Source: Octopus bimaculoides (lineage: Eukaryota). From it: a DNA stretch of 64,000 nt. The translations under genes and the position numbers were made by a program. Below are positions 1 through 12,614 of the stretch, in pieces. The stretch covers positions 47,126,021-47,190,020 of the forward strand of contig NC_068999.1 of the NCBI RefSeq assembly GCF_001194135.2. The letters run 5' to 3'. Numbering within the stretch: position 1 is the first letter of the stretch; each line of letters begins with the position of its first letter. The notes under the pieces were generated by a model, which did not search any database, was not told the origin of the DNA, and worked only from the letters and a program-made list of their open reading frames with translations.

Positions 1-1452
1 TGGCTATATTAGAACCTCTAACTTCAATAGCAAAATTTAGCATTTTCCTTCTTATTTTTAACCTGTCCTGATATTTTCAAACATTTAAATATTTAATGTT
101 TGTTGTTAACAGCATACTCCAACTTCTGTCGGTAATTGGTTACAAGAAATGCGACTTAACTCGAAGAACGACGTAACACGAAAAATCATTTTAAAACAAT
201 TATCACTAGATTGTACATATTTTCACATGTATTTCATTTAGTTTTTCCATTTCAGCATTGGGTTTTTTTGGGGTATTTTCTTTTTTAAATGCTTATGCTT
301 TTAAATATGTTCGCAGAGACTGACGTAAATCGACTGAAGTTCAGGTTAATTTCGTAAAGAAAAGAAACGATACGACATAAAGTCGAAAAAGGCGTAACAA
401 GAAACTTGGTAAATTGAGGTATGTCTGCACTTTATTTGAGATTTTAACTGCCAATTAAATACTCCTAGTTGCTTAATTCGAATTATTTTGTTTTGTAAGT
501 TATAATTTAACATTTATGGTGAGTGATGAAATTATTTCTAATTCATTTAAGTAAGAATATAACTAATCCTTACTTAACGTAGACATTTATTAATTAATGT
601 CCGCAGTTGTTGTTGTTGTTGTCGTTGTCGCTGTAATCATCGTCGTCATCACTGATGTTCCTACCATAACCTTGTAGTCTTAGATGAAACACGAGGACAA
701 GTCTACTGTATTTAGTACAACGAAAGATAAAAATAAATAAATGAATATATTGTCATTTTACATTGTTGCAACAAATTTCTAACTAGAACACGAATGTTAT
801 CTGTTAACAGCTAAATTCCCAGTAAACAGCCTACTTTTTAATAAAGATAATAAAACATACATCAGACGTTTATTTCAAATCATTTATGCAACATAAAGCT
901 TCAATATGTCTTTAACACCTACTTAGAATTGCTTATGTATACGGAGATCAAATAGCAGAAAAGGAACAAAGAAAATGTCTTGTAAACGAAAGCAAATGGT
1001 ACCTAGATGCTTGTAGTTCAGTTGTATTAAAATATGTTCTATTATAACATAATACGGTAAATTTGATCATGGTTTTATAAAATAAATGTCATGCTCAGAT
1101 GACAAAATATACCGTTTGTAAATAGTGTGAAATAATTTGGAATGTGTGAAAAGGGTAAAAATTATCTTGTCTAAAATAACAAATGTTGAACTTTATACAG
1201 TAAAACGAGGGATAGAATTTCGATGTAAACAGATCAAGAAATAAGTATATGCAACAACTTTCTGGCTGGACTTGATGCTACTCACTCAGTCAGCTGTTTT
1301 TCTAATATAAGTGAGTGATTATTTTAGTCTAACTGCTGTTACTGTCAACCAAAAGCCTTGGTTTAGTTCTGTGTTAATACGTCTAATATATTACGTGTTT
1401 GTACACAATGGGTTAATATACGTAAAATATTATAAATATTGTTATAATACTC

Positions 1453-1656
1453 TTTCAAAAGCCAGCAATTTCGGGAAGGAGATAAGTCGATAAAATCGAC
1501 CTCAGTATTCAGCTGATATTTATTTTATCGATCCCTGAAAAGTTGAAGGACAAAAATCGACCTCGTCGGAATTTGAACTCAAAACGGAATGTCGGAAGAA
1601 ATGCCGTCAAGCAGCTAGTCTGGTATACTAACGGTTCTGCCAACTCACCACCTTAA
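1453..1656 (-). mobile_element. tRNA-derived SINE family B; other copies near 3078-3341, 11329-11415, 22620-22830, 31730-31860, 39353-39535, 46330-46480, 47405-47625, 52180-52490, 57330-57480
   Basis: Shared gagctggcagaatcgttagca...ttctgagttcaaattccgccgaggtcgactttgcctttcatc (B-box GAGTTCAAATTCC). Confidence 0.8.
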
Positions 1657-2018
1657 ACATTGTTATAATACAAGCATTAAAAAATCTGTTTGTGCGTCCT
1701 GAGATTTTTGCGAAATATTATAGCAATAAAATGTTTCCAATAATGTACAAGCCCCTTTGCTTAAAATAAGTTTCAATACATTTCTCGGACCTGGAGACTT
1801 CAAAATAGAAGAATTTTTTTTTTTTTGTCCTTTATCAACGTGGAAAATAAATTTTTCTCCATCGGTAGACGATAGACGAAAGAAAATAACGCCAGTACTG
1901 GAAGAAACACTTAGACATCTTTACGAAAACACGCAAAAACTTAAACACGCAAAAACTTAAACACATAGACAAGACAAGGGCATTCCGATGCACAAGCACA
2001 CAGAGAAGTTTTTAAAAG

Positions 2019-2052
<34 letters not shown>

Positions 2053-2542
2053 GTGTTTTTTTCATCTGCTGCAATATAAGTAACAAACTCGAACTTTTTC
2101 AAAGTATTTTTGCAGAGTTAAGATAATTTTCATAAACCGAATTGGTTACCAAGTCCTTTATCATACCAGTTTTTAACGTCATTGGATTATCAGATAAATT
2201 CGGTCGTTTTTTGTTTTTTTCTTTAGTTTATTTTAATATTTTCCTTTGTTATTTGAATTAACAAGAAAAATATTTCTATCGAAGTGTTTTATTTATCTAT
2301 TTTTTTGTAGCTCTATTTTTTCCTCTCCAACTTTTGTTTATCGCTTTTGAGATTTCAATAAAATTTCACCTTTTTCAGACAAATCGCAATGAAGCGCCAT
2401 GTAAGAGAGAGAAAGAAAAAAAACTGCGAACGGATTTATCTGACGACCTGATACATTGTAAAATACTACAAATAGATTGTTTTGTTTGCTTGATTCAAAC
2501 CTTAAATAAACTAACACCAGACGTCAAGCAGTGATAGGGACA

Positions 2543-2574
<32 letters not shown>

Positions 2575-3385
2575 ACAAATGCCACAAAAGTAGAAACCAT
2601 TATTATCCAAGCTTAATAAGATTGTGCATGAAGTCAATCAAGTAATATCAATATATCTAATCACCATAAACCATGAACCTCCCAAAACGTGTTCAACCTT
2701 ATGAGAATGAAGAACAACTCAGAATATCGAGGCCCCAAAATATAGAAGATTCACAAAGAAGCATATCAAACATACATTCCCATCTTCAGCTGCCTAACAG
2801 ATATCACTATTGTTTCGACACTAGGGCAGTATCATTCGATCTGGCAGTGTCAACAGCGTTTAATACATAAACGCTGCTTGGGAATCAGTAACCAAACAGC
2901 AGGAGCGAAATATTCTCGTGATATACCCTGCTTCATCAACACCTGCTTCATATCATAGGTAACAACATCAAATAGAAACGAAATATATAACTATCAAGCT
3001 AGAAATTATGGGGGAAAGAACAATATCTATAAAACGAGGAAACCCGAAAGAAAATGATTTAATACTTGATTTCATTCAGGCAGCGAAATGAGAGAATCGT
3101 CAGCACGTCGGGCAAAATGCTTAGCCGCATTTCGTCCGTGTATACGTCACGGGTTCAAATGCCGCCGGGGTCGACTTTACTTTTCCTCCTTTTTTTATGT
3201 TCTGAGTTGAAATTCCGCCGAGGTCGACTCTGACTTTCTATCCTTTAGGAATCGATAAAATAAGTATCTACTGAATTCTGGAGGTCGATGTAATCGACTT
3301 ACTTCCTCCACCGAAATGGCTGACCTTACGTAAAAAATTTCATTCGTGCACACACATACACGAACAATATTTTTCTCCCCCCCCC

Positions 3386-3420
<35 letters not shown>

Positions 3421-4027
3421 TTTACGCACGAGTTTTATACTAAAAGATTTCTATGGGAAAGTTCATGGACGTAAACTGCATATTCGATTGTTCACACTCT
3501 GCAATACTCTCTGTGTGTGTGTGTAAGTATTCTCATGTTGTTTTCAACAGATGTACCACATTCTGTCATTTACTATAGCTGTCGTTACTTCTGCTGCCAA
3601 GCTTAAACTAGTTATATTATATTAACCAAACAAAAAGAGAGAAAGAATATGAGAAAAGGAGTGAAACGAAATAGTCACACACAGTTTTTAAAATAGATTA
3701 AAGCGCAAAAAATGCGAGAGAAATAAATGTTTCAACTACTGCCCTGAGAGGCGTTCATTTGTTCGACGTAATTCGCGGCGTGGATCTGTTCACAGGCGTT
3801 TGGTGACAAAACAACACAAGAGGCCTACATGTATCTCTCTAGTCTTTGTGATAGACTTTGACACCAGAGATCTTCAGCCACTGAACCGCGGAGCAACATC
3901 GGGCCGCACATAATGAATAAATTTTAAAATTTCATTTCTATTTTATCGATTGTCGCAGCCTGCTCGGTGTTTTTGCATTATATATGAATTATATACGTAA
4001 TATATATGTATTATATGCATTTTATAT

Positions 4028-4232
4028 CTTTTACTTGTTTCGGTCATCAAACTGCGGCCAGGCTGGAGCACCGCCTTGAAGAATTTTTAGTCGAATGAAT
4101 TGATACCGGTCCTTTTCTTTTAAAGTCTGGCACTTACTCTATTGGTCATTATCCCGAACCTCTAAGCTACAGGGACGTAAACACACCAACACCAGCTGTC
4201 AAACAGTGTTAGAGGACAAGCACTCACACTCA

Positions 4233-4272
<40 letters not shown>

Positions 4273-4480
4273 AAAGGTAAAAGACACAACTAACGGAAAT
4301 CGTCAAATACGACGGGCTTCTTTCAGTTTCCGTCTACCAAATCCACTTTGGTCGCCCCGAGGCTATAGTAGAAGATACTTGTCCAAGACGCTTGTCCAAG
4401 GTGCCACGCAGTGGTACTGAACCTGGAACCATGTGGTTGGGAAGCAAGCGTCTTATCACGCAGCCACATCTGCGCCTATC
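4028..4480 (-). mobile_element. tRNA-headed SINE family A, full copy with central CA microsatellite
   Basis: A/B-box-like head (ggctgcgtg...ggttcagtacc), central (CA)n and the family tail. An opposite-strand tail half follows at 4540-4798. Confidence 0.8.
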
Positions 4481-4492
4481 TATCTACCTACC

Positions 4493-4534
<42 letters not shown>

Positions 4535-6844
4535 CTATGTATATATGTATGTGTGTGTGTGTGTGTGCATGTTTGTGTGTTTGTGTTTGTCCTCCACCCC
4601 ACCATCGCTTGACAACCGATGGTGGTGTGTTTACGTCCCCATAACATTAGCGGTTCAGCAAAAGAGACCGATAAAATAAGTACTAGGCTTCCAAAGAATA
4701 AGTCCTGGGGTCAATTTGCTCGACTAAAAAAGGCGGTGCTCCAGCATGGCCGCAGTCAAATGACTGAAACAAGTAAAAGAGAAAGAGAAGGTATGATACG
4801 TATAGGTGCCTGCTGCCAACATAGTGTAATGAGGGTGTACTTTGTGATATTTCTATGAAATTTTGGGTTGTCTCTGTCTACTTGCACTTTTTAGGACAAA
4901 TTCATTTTCATATTTCTATGACCCTGAACTGCATGTTAACCATGAAAAACGTGATTCAATGTGAAGAGGTTATTCTAAATAAATCTCATGTCATATAGAC
5001 TGTGATATATTTAATTACGGTGATTCGTTACTTGACTCTTAAGCTTGCCGTGTTGTTGATTCCCATCATCTATTTGGACGTGATTTCGAATGAAAGAAAC
5101 TCTTTTACGATTTCCGTTTGACTCTGACTGGTGTTTCAGTTCACGGTCTCATAAATTTCTTTCTCAAATTTCTTTGGATTCAAAATACTCAATTTGTAAA
5201 CTACATTTAAAAAATGCTTGCACTAATTTTTATCTGTGCATTTATAACAGAACCTAAGTGCGCTAAACAGAATTTAACTATAAATTTCTTTAAGTATGGG
5301 CAACCTTTTTCGATAAGCGGGCCGCAGTTTCCCTATGAATATTATAAACATTCCTTCATCGAAGAGCTGCTAAGCCTTTTGCTCGTTGTGTTGACGATTC
5401 TCTGTGTATGCATATATANNNNNNNNNNNNNNNNNNNNNNNNNNNNNNNNNNNNNNNNNNNNNNNNNNNNNNNNNNNNNNNNNNNNNNNNNNNNNNNNNN
5501 NNNNNNNNNNNNNNNNNNNNNNNNNNNNNNNNNNNNNNNNNNNNNNNNNNNNNNNNNNNNNNNNNNNNNNNNNNNNNNNNNNNNNNNNNNNNNNNNNNNN
5601 NNNNNNNNNNNNNNNNNNNNNNNNNNNNNNNNNNNNNNNNNNNNNNNNNNNNNNNNNNNNNNNNNNNNNNNNNNNNNNNNNNNNNNNNNNNNNNNNNNNN
5701 NNNNNNNNNNNNNNNNNNNNNNNNNNNNNNNNNNNNNNNNNNNNNNNNNNNNNNNNNNNNNNNNNNNNNNNNNNNNNNNNNNNNNNNNNNNNNNNNNNNN
5801 NNNNNNNNNNNNNNNNNNNNNNNNNNNNNNNNNNNNNNNNNNNNNNNNNNNNNNNNNNNNNNNNNNNNNNNNNNNNNNTATATACATATATATATATACA
5901 GCGGGCTTCCACTCACTTTCCGTCTAGCGAATTCATCTACAAAGCATCAGTCAGTCCGGAGCTATAGTAGAAGACACTTGCCCAAGATGCCGCGTAATGG
6001 GACTGAAGCTGAAATCATATCGTTTCAAAGCGAGCTTCTTAAACACCTATTCATACCTGAACCTCTATAACTCGTTCCCTTGCGTATCTGTTATATTTTG
6101 CGAAGATAAAGTGAACCAATATGCAGCTATCAATGATTGAGTCAACGTTTATTTCATATTAGTTAGTCACTTGGATAAGGATCTAACTTGATAAGGACTG
6201 TATCAGATTATTTTACTTGTCACAACCGGAAAACTTTGCATTTTGATCATTCAGGGATATTGATCTAGTCGGGGTATTATTTTAGGAAACAACTTAATAA
6301 TTATTCAACCTTCAATTGCCTTCATTTGTTCTTCGAGAGTCTAAACCTTGCCAGTCGCAATGACAATCTAATATCCTTCTCTGTTTCCCTAAACAAAAAC
6401 TGCATTTAAAATAGGGTTTACACATTCTATTTTTTCTATATTTTTCCTTTCCGCTGTTATGAGACCAACAGAAATGGAATCCGCCAAAGAAGTTATGAGG
6501 AAACAAAGTCGATATGTATGAATTATCTGAAACTCCTTCAAACCCTACCCAACAAATTTTTCACAACAAATTCCAATGTAACTGGAATTTACACCATCTG
6601 AAATATATTTGTAGAAAATTTTCTTAAAAATATCAATTTTTTTTTATAGTTATGAGAAAACAAAGTCGACGAAGAATCATATTTGTGTATATCTGTGGAA
6701 TGGTTCGGAAGATCCCAAAAGTATTGGCAATTTTCGTTTTTTTAAATTATACTCAAACATTAAAAAAAACATGAAAAAGTAACTCATAACGAAACAGAGA
6801 TCTTTTTCCATACATCCGTTTTCTCAGCCCACTATTTCGTGTGT

Positions 6845-7135
6845 TGGGATAGAGTTCTGATGCACCTCTGTAGGGTCTTGTCAAAAGTGACCATCATTAT
6901 ACTTTCTGGCTGGATACCCAAGCATGAACAACTGAGACTATGGATATTAACTAACCGTCTCTTTCTTTGGTCTACCGCTGGGTCTTCTGCCGTTTGGCTC
7001 GGCGTAAAGAACCCGTCTTGCGATTTTTTCCTTCGGCATTCTAATCACATGTCCGTAATACTGGAGCTGTGACCCCTCATCGCGGAGAAGTTGTGACTCG
7101 GTCTGAAGAGATTCCCCGATCCTCGAGTTGCTTCG
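6845..7135 (-). mobile_element. Decayed RTE-clade (RTE-X/Rex3-like) LINE, ORF C-terminus
   Basis: 7114-6962 translates to ESLQTESQLLRDEGSQLQYYGHVIRMPKEKIARRVLYAEPNGRRPSGRPKK; after a frameshift it continues SLSCSCLGIQPE. Not in the ORF track. Confidence 0.75.
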
Positions 7136-7789
7136 GGTGTTGATGGTAAGCTTTCCGTATTTTGAAGTAATTTCACATTTTTTTGTGATTTAGGGAGTGA
7201 ATTCTCTACAGATGGAATAAAAATCCAGGTATTTTCAACTTGTAAGTGTAGTTCTAATGCATTAACAATGTTTGATAAAGGAAATGCCAATCCAATCTAT
7301 CTAATCCACATGTTTCTATAATACTTTCACTCTCTTCCACCTCGCTCAGCATAACCTCTGTTTTCTTCTTCCATTTTTTTTATGTATCTCATCATTTTAA
7401 CTCTCTAATTTCCCCTTTCTATTTCCGAGCCCTATATTTCTTCCTTCCACCTCTTCTCTCTTAATCATGCTAACTTTCTTCACTCACTCTTTCTTCCATC
7501 TCTCTCTACATTTCTACATTTCACGGTCTGCTCGCATGACTGTCTCTCGTTTGTTGGCAGGTTGCAGCCTATTTCTCTCTGTTTCTGTCTGTCTGTCTGT
7601 ATGCTTGTCTTTCTCTGTCTCTGTCTTTGTCTCTCCCTCCGACTATATCAATTTCTCAGTTTTCTGTTTGCCAATATAATATTATTCCCTTTGCAATTCT
7701 TCCCTTCTCTGTCAGCTCTCTTAGCACAGCCGCTGCTCATTTCCTCGTTTCTAAATTGTGACACAAATAAGGAAACCGGCACACACACA

Positions 7790-7856
<67 letters not shown>

Positions 7857-8044
7857 ACAAAAAGACACACAACATGGCCTTTTATATCATATGAAGCTAA
7901 TTACGGAAAAGGTGTATGTGTGTGTGAGGGGTGCGATAGAATCAATCGAATTGCGAAGTGAAAACTGCTCCAGTGACTGACATGTCGTTGCAACGTATAT
8001 ATAACCATTACTCGAAAAAACATCGATTTTCGTCGGCGGTAGGC

Positions 8045-8281
8045 GGTGTTGGTGATGCGATTGGTAGTAGTTGTCATGGTGATGGTGGTGGTGGTGGTGG
8101 TGACGGTGGTGGTGGTGGTGGTGACGGTGACTGAAATACTCCGATGCTGCAATGCTGTAATATGTAATTGATTGTTTAGAGCAGGTGTATTGAGTATCAA
8201 CGTGGATTATGACAACTGGATTTAATCTTCTTCGGCTTTAAAAATATCTTTAAACTGCGCTCTTGTTACGTGAGCAAGTGC

Positions 8282-8322
<41 letters not shown>

Positions 8323-8478
8323 TGTGCGTGTGTGCATACGTGTGTAGGGGAGATTCTAAATATCATCACCACTACCATTAACACTACCATTAACACAACC
8401 ACCGTCATCATCATTATTATCATCACCATCATCATCATTATATTCGCCGCCGCCACCACCAGTACCACTAACGGCACT

Positions 8479-8518
<40 letters not shown>

Positions 8519-8664
8519 CTATTATCATCATGACCACCTCCACCAGCACTATCATCGTCATCACCATCACCACCATATTCACCACCACCGCCCTATTCAC
8601 CATCACCACTGACATCGTCTCCACCAACCACAATCACCACCACCACCACCACCACCACCACCAC
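8045..8664. repeat. Compound (GGT)n, (GT)n, (ATC)n, (ACC)n microsatellite region
   Basis: Direct reading; source of the poly-T/I/H/M pseudo-ORFs. Confidence 0.95.
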
Positions 8665-9090
8665 NNNNNNNNNNNNNNNNNNNNNNNNNNNNNNNNNNNN
8701 NNNNNNNNNNNNNNNNNNNNNNNNNNNNNNNNNNNNNNNNNNNNNNNNNNNNNNNNNNNNNNNNNNNNNNNNNNNNNNNNNNNNNNNNNNNNNNNNNNNN
8801 NNNNNNNNNNNNNNNNNNNNNNNNNNNNNNCCCCCCCCCCCACTTCCACATCATTTCATTGCTCTATTTGACAATGTCGCATCGAGGCTTTGGACATCCA
8901 GACCAGGTCCCCAGTCGATGGATAAACTCGTTAATGTCACCTCTTTTCCCGCCAGCTTAAAGACCTGGTAAAAAAAATGTCATAGGCACCACCCGGTCTC
9001 CATTACAGAGTAATACAAGAACACGCCTGCATCCATCCTCCACCTTATCAAAATTCTTCGAAACCGTTGTCTTTCACGGATTTTGGTGTT

Positions 9091-9250
9091 TTATTACTTC
9101 CGCCTTCGCGAAGGCGGAAGTATTGTTTTCAGTTGTGTTTGTTTGTTTGTCCATGGACAAGATATCTCAAGAACCGCTGGATGGATTTGGATGAAACTTT
9201 CAGGAATGTTTGGCCACGTGACAGGCACGAACTGATTAGATTTTGGGGGA
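9091..9250 (+). mobile_element. Helentron-associated (HINE/DINE-like) element 5' part
   Basis: ttattacttccgcc start, palindrome, (GTTT)n, then gatatctcaagaaccgctggatggatttggatgaaacttt...gattagattttgg; interrupted by SINE B. Confidence 0.6.
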
Positions 9251-9580
9251 GGGGGGCCAGTCGATTAGATCGACCCCAGTACGCAACTGGTACTTAATTT
9301 ATCGATCCTAGTACGCAACTGGTACTTAATTTATCGCCCTCAGTATGCAACTGGTACTTAATTTACCGACCCCAGTACGCAACTGGTACTTAATTTATCG
9401 ACCCCAGTACGCAACTGGTACTTAATTTATCAACCCAGTACGCAACTGGTACTTAATTTATCGACCCCAGTACGCAACTGGTACTTAACTTATCGACCCC
9501 GAAAGGATGAAAGGCAAAGTCGACCTCGGTGGAATTTGAACTCAGAACGTAAAGACAGATGAAATCTACTTCGCAGATTT
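9250..9580 (-). mobile_element. SINE B copy with an internal tandem expansion
   Basis: SINE B body at 9494-9580 continues into seven copies of its own 32-bp segment. Confidence 0.8.
9271..9493. repeat. Tandem array, 7 x 32 bp (cgaccccagtacgcaactggtacttaatttat)
   Basis: Units start at 9271, 9303, 9335, 9367, 9399, 9431 (31 bp) and 9462. Confidence 0.95.
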
Positions 9581-9819
9581 TCACCTATCGCAGGGGTTTT
9601 TGGGACGTAACACCGGCGATAGTCGATGGGTACTGTACTGGTGTGACAAATCACAAAAATACATGTAAAAACATGTACAAACCATTTATTAAAGGAAATG
9701 GAAACTAATAGATATTTTAAATGTCTTTTTCGCATTTGGTCGTTTTCGCATTTGGTCGTTTTCGAATTAAGTCGCATCTTTTGGAATTTATTAGCGACGT
9801 ATGCTGAGGTATTCCTGTA

Positions 9820-10038
9820 TACGATGGGTGCTGAAAAGTTCTTGACATTGAGGATGTCGCGAAATGCCCGGTTGGAGGCCCAACCTTCCGAGCTCTTTCA
9901 TAGGGCTGGAAAAACGAAAAAACCGCTGCAATAAGTGTATGAATCTGAGAGGGGAGTATGCTGAATAAAATCTTAATTAACTGATTTTTCTGTATATTCT
10001 TTTACTCAAAACCAGGAACTTTTCAACACCCCCACGTG
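9820..10038 (+). mobile_element. Mariner-derived MITE
   Basis: TIRs gggtgctgaaaagttc / ggaacttttcaacaccc with TA at the 5' flank; interior encodes the transposase C-terminus NRCNKCMNLRGEYAE*. Confidence 0.8.
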
Positions 10039-10100
10039 TATTTATGTATGTATGTATGTATGTATGTATGTATGTATAGATAGATAGATAGATAGATATG

Positions 10101-10319
10101 TACTAGGGGTACTGAAATGTTCCTGGCTCTAAGGGTGTCACGAAAGGCCTGGCTGGAGGCCCAACCTTCCGAGCTCTTTTATAGGGATTGGAAAAGCGGA
10201 AGGACAGCTGCACTAAGTGTGTCAAGCTGAGAGGAGAATATGTTGGGTAAAATCATTATTTAACTGATCATCCTGTATTTATTTTACCCAAAGCCAGTAA
10301 CTTTTCAGCACTCCTAAGT
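10101..10319 (+). mobile_element. Mariner-derived MITE, second copy
   Basis: Same TIRs and interior as 9820-10038. Confidence 0.8.
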
Positions 10320-11446
10320 CAACTAATTAGAATAGGCTACAACCAATGTCGCTATTGGTTAGCAGATGGCGAGTATCGGCTGTCAGTTGGTCTAAACGAC
10401 AAACCGATTTATCATCCAATCACTAGCCACAAAAACACTTCACTGTTGCGCTGAACAAAACCACCTAATTGTTATTTGATCCCTTCATGGGGTCCAAGGT
10501 ACACTTAACCACCATTACCCGTGACAACATACCAGAAATAACAATAGGTTCGTAAGCTTGCAGTTCTACGTTCGAATCCTTCCACTTGACTTAAATAGGG
10601 AGAAGTGCTTATCAACAGCTTATTTAGCATTTTAAGAATCTGACCTAATCACCATTACTTCTAAGATACATTCCGTTCTGGAAGAGGATAAAAAGATAAA
10701 AAAAAGATTAATTCACAAACAGCATTCTTAACATCTATTGCATATAATCCCCTCCAAAAAAACGTTTACATAACAACTGCCAGGTCAGCCATTGATCCAG
10801 AGCATACACGTAAGTAGAGGTGAAGGCATTAAATTGCTATATGTCAGCTCGCCTCCTACGTATCTATAAATGTATATATGGGTGTAATTAATATTCCTTT
10901 TTACTATAGGGTACACAATACCTGAAATTTTGGGAAGATCAATTCACTAACAACTTTCTTAACATGTGTTGCATAAAATCGAAAAAAAATAGTGTGGCTG
11001 TGTGATAAAAAGCTTGCTTCTCAATTACATGGTTTGTGGGGTTCAGTCCAAGGCGTGGTACATTGGGCGAGTGTCTTTCACTATTGCCTTGGGAGGACCA
11101 AAGTTTTGTGCGCACACACACACACACACACACACACATACAAACATGCACACACAAACATGCTGCACATGCACGCATTTGAGCGCACAAAACACGTCGC
11201 ATACAAATATCTAAACAATCGTGCATAGATATGAGATGTATTCCAGAAGTTTTGAGACTTTTTTAGGAGTAGTTTTAACTGTTCTAGATTATTGGTAAAT
11301 TTAGTTATGTCATTACTATACATCTATCAAGCTGACCGGCAAACTTTCGAACTGGCAGAATCGTTAGCACTTCGTCTGTCTTTATGTTCTGAGTTCAAAT
11401 TCCGCCGAGGTCGATAACAAAGGAGAAAGAAGCAGAGATGAGGGTA

Positions 11447-11497
11447 GCATTTACGATCGTTTCGATTTACTGGTTTAAGTAAATCTCTTCAGTATGC
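11447..11497 (-). ncRNA. Minimal type I hammerhead ribozyme, second family
   Basis: Minus strand reads GCATA-CTGAAGA-GATTTACT-taaacc-AGTAAATC-GAAA-CGATCGT-A-AATGC: perfect 8-bp stem II, palindromic ACGATCGT stem III, GUA triplet, 4-bp stem I with an A-A mismatch next to the core. Confidence 0.78.
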
Positions 11498-11778
11498 GAA
11501 TATAGATAGATGCATCGGTTAGGATGCGAAAATAATTGATAGACATTTGATGGTAATGTAAACAAATTGGTAATTCTTACATTGAATTTTTGTTTTTGCG
11601 CTGGTAAATTCGCTGGGTAGAGGTTTGCTTGTGGTAGACTGGTTAGTTTCGTTGAGTAATTAGGGCAGGGTGAGTATTATTTAGGTGCGGGTTTCCTTGT
11701 TTAGTTAAGCACATTCTTTTCGCACGTGTGTATTCCATATATATATTTATATTCCATATAAATATACATATATATCTG

Positions 11779-11869
<91 letters not shown>

Positions 11870-12561
11870 CGTATGCGTATATCGACGCATGTCATGGGAT
11901 CGACACTGTCAATATATAGGTTTTTGGATCCTAAATTTATTTCCTTACAACAATTTCTTTATCCGTCAAAGGTTTCAAAGACTGCAGTGTTGACGTTGAC
12001 GGCTTCCTGAAAGATAGAGAGAGAGAGAGAAGGGGGAAGAGAGAGGGGGACAGACAGATAGACAGATAGACAGACAGACGGACAGACAGAACTTTCTCAC
12101 TGATTTTTATTCTCCGACATCAGGTTGTCTACAAACAATTTTAAAACTGTTTCATTTTTTATCTGCTACAATCTACGCCTACCTTATGATAGCTTCACAT
12201 ACTCAAGCTGTTTGATTCCTCTCGATTCTAATGACATTTTTTTGTTTTAAAGTTAACTTTTTTCTGCTTTTTTTTATTTTTTTTTTAGAGAAATTAATAA
12301 TTCCATTCTTTTTTTTTTTTTTCTTTTACTTGTTTCAGTCACTGGACTGCGGTCATGCTGGGGCACCGCCTCGAAAGGGTTTAGTCGGACAAACTGCTTC
12401 TAGTACTTAATTTTTTTTCTAAAGTCTGGTACTTATTCTATCTGTCTCTCTTTGCCGAATCGCTAAGTTACGGAGACGTAAAGAAACAAATACTGGTCAT
12501 CAAGCGGTAGTGGGACGAAGAGAAATACACATAGGTATGTATATACATAAGCGTAAGTGTA

Positions 12562-12592
<31 letters not shown>

Positions 12593-12614
12593 ATGTATGT
12601 ATACAAATATAAAA

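Noticed and set aside
317-418. Possible exon (CAG acceptor, GTATGT donor)
   Set aside because: Stops in all three frames and no supporting partner exon; could only be non-coding.
5214-5967. Long ORFs crossing N runs (also 8603-8871, 12932-13972, 15180-15976, 24714-25033, 29251-29865, 32173-32985)
   Set aside because: Open only because the gaps contain no stop codons.
7467-8871. Poly-HT, CV, I, M and YI ORFs here and throughout the window
   Set aside because: Translations of microsatellites and low-complexity tracts.
9271-9493. CRISPR array
   Set aside because: Repeats are contiguous with no spacers, derive from a SINE, and there are no cas genes in this eukaryotic DNA.
10341-10430. CCAAT/ATTGG cluster as a promoter
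   Set aside because: Short motifs expected by chance, with no linked exon.
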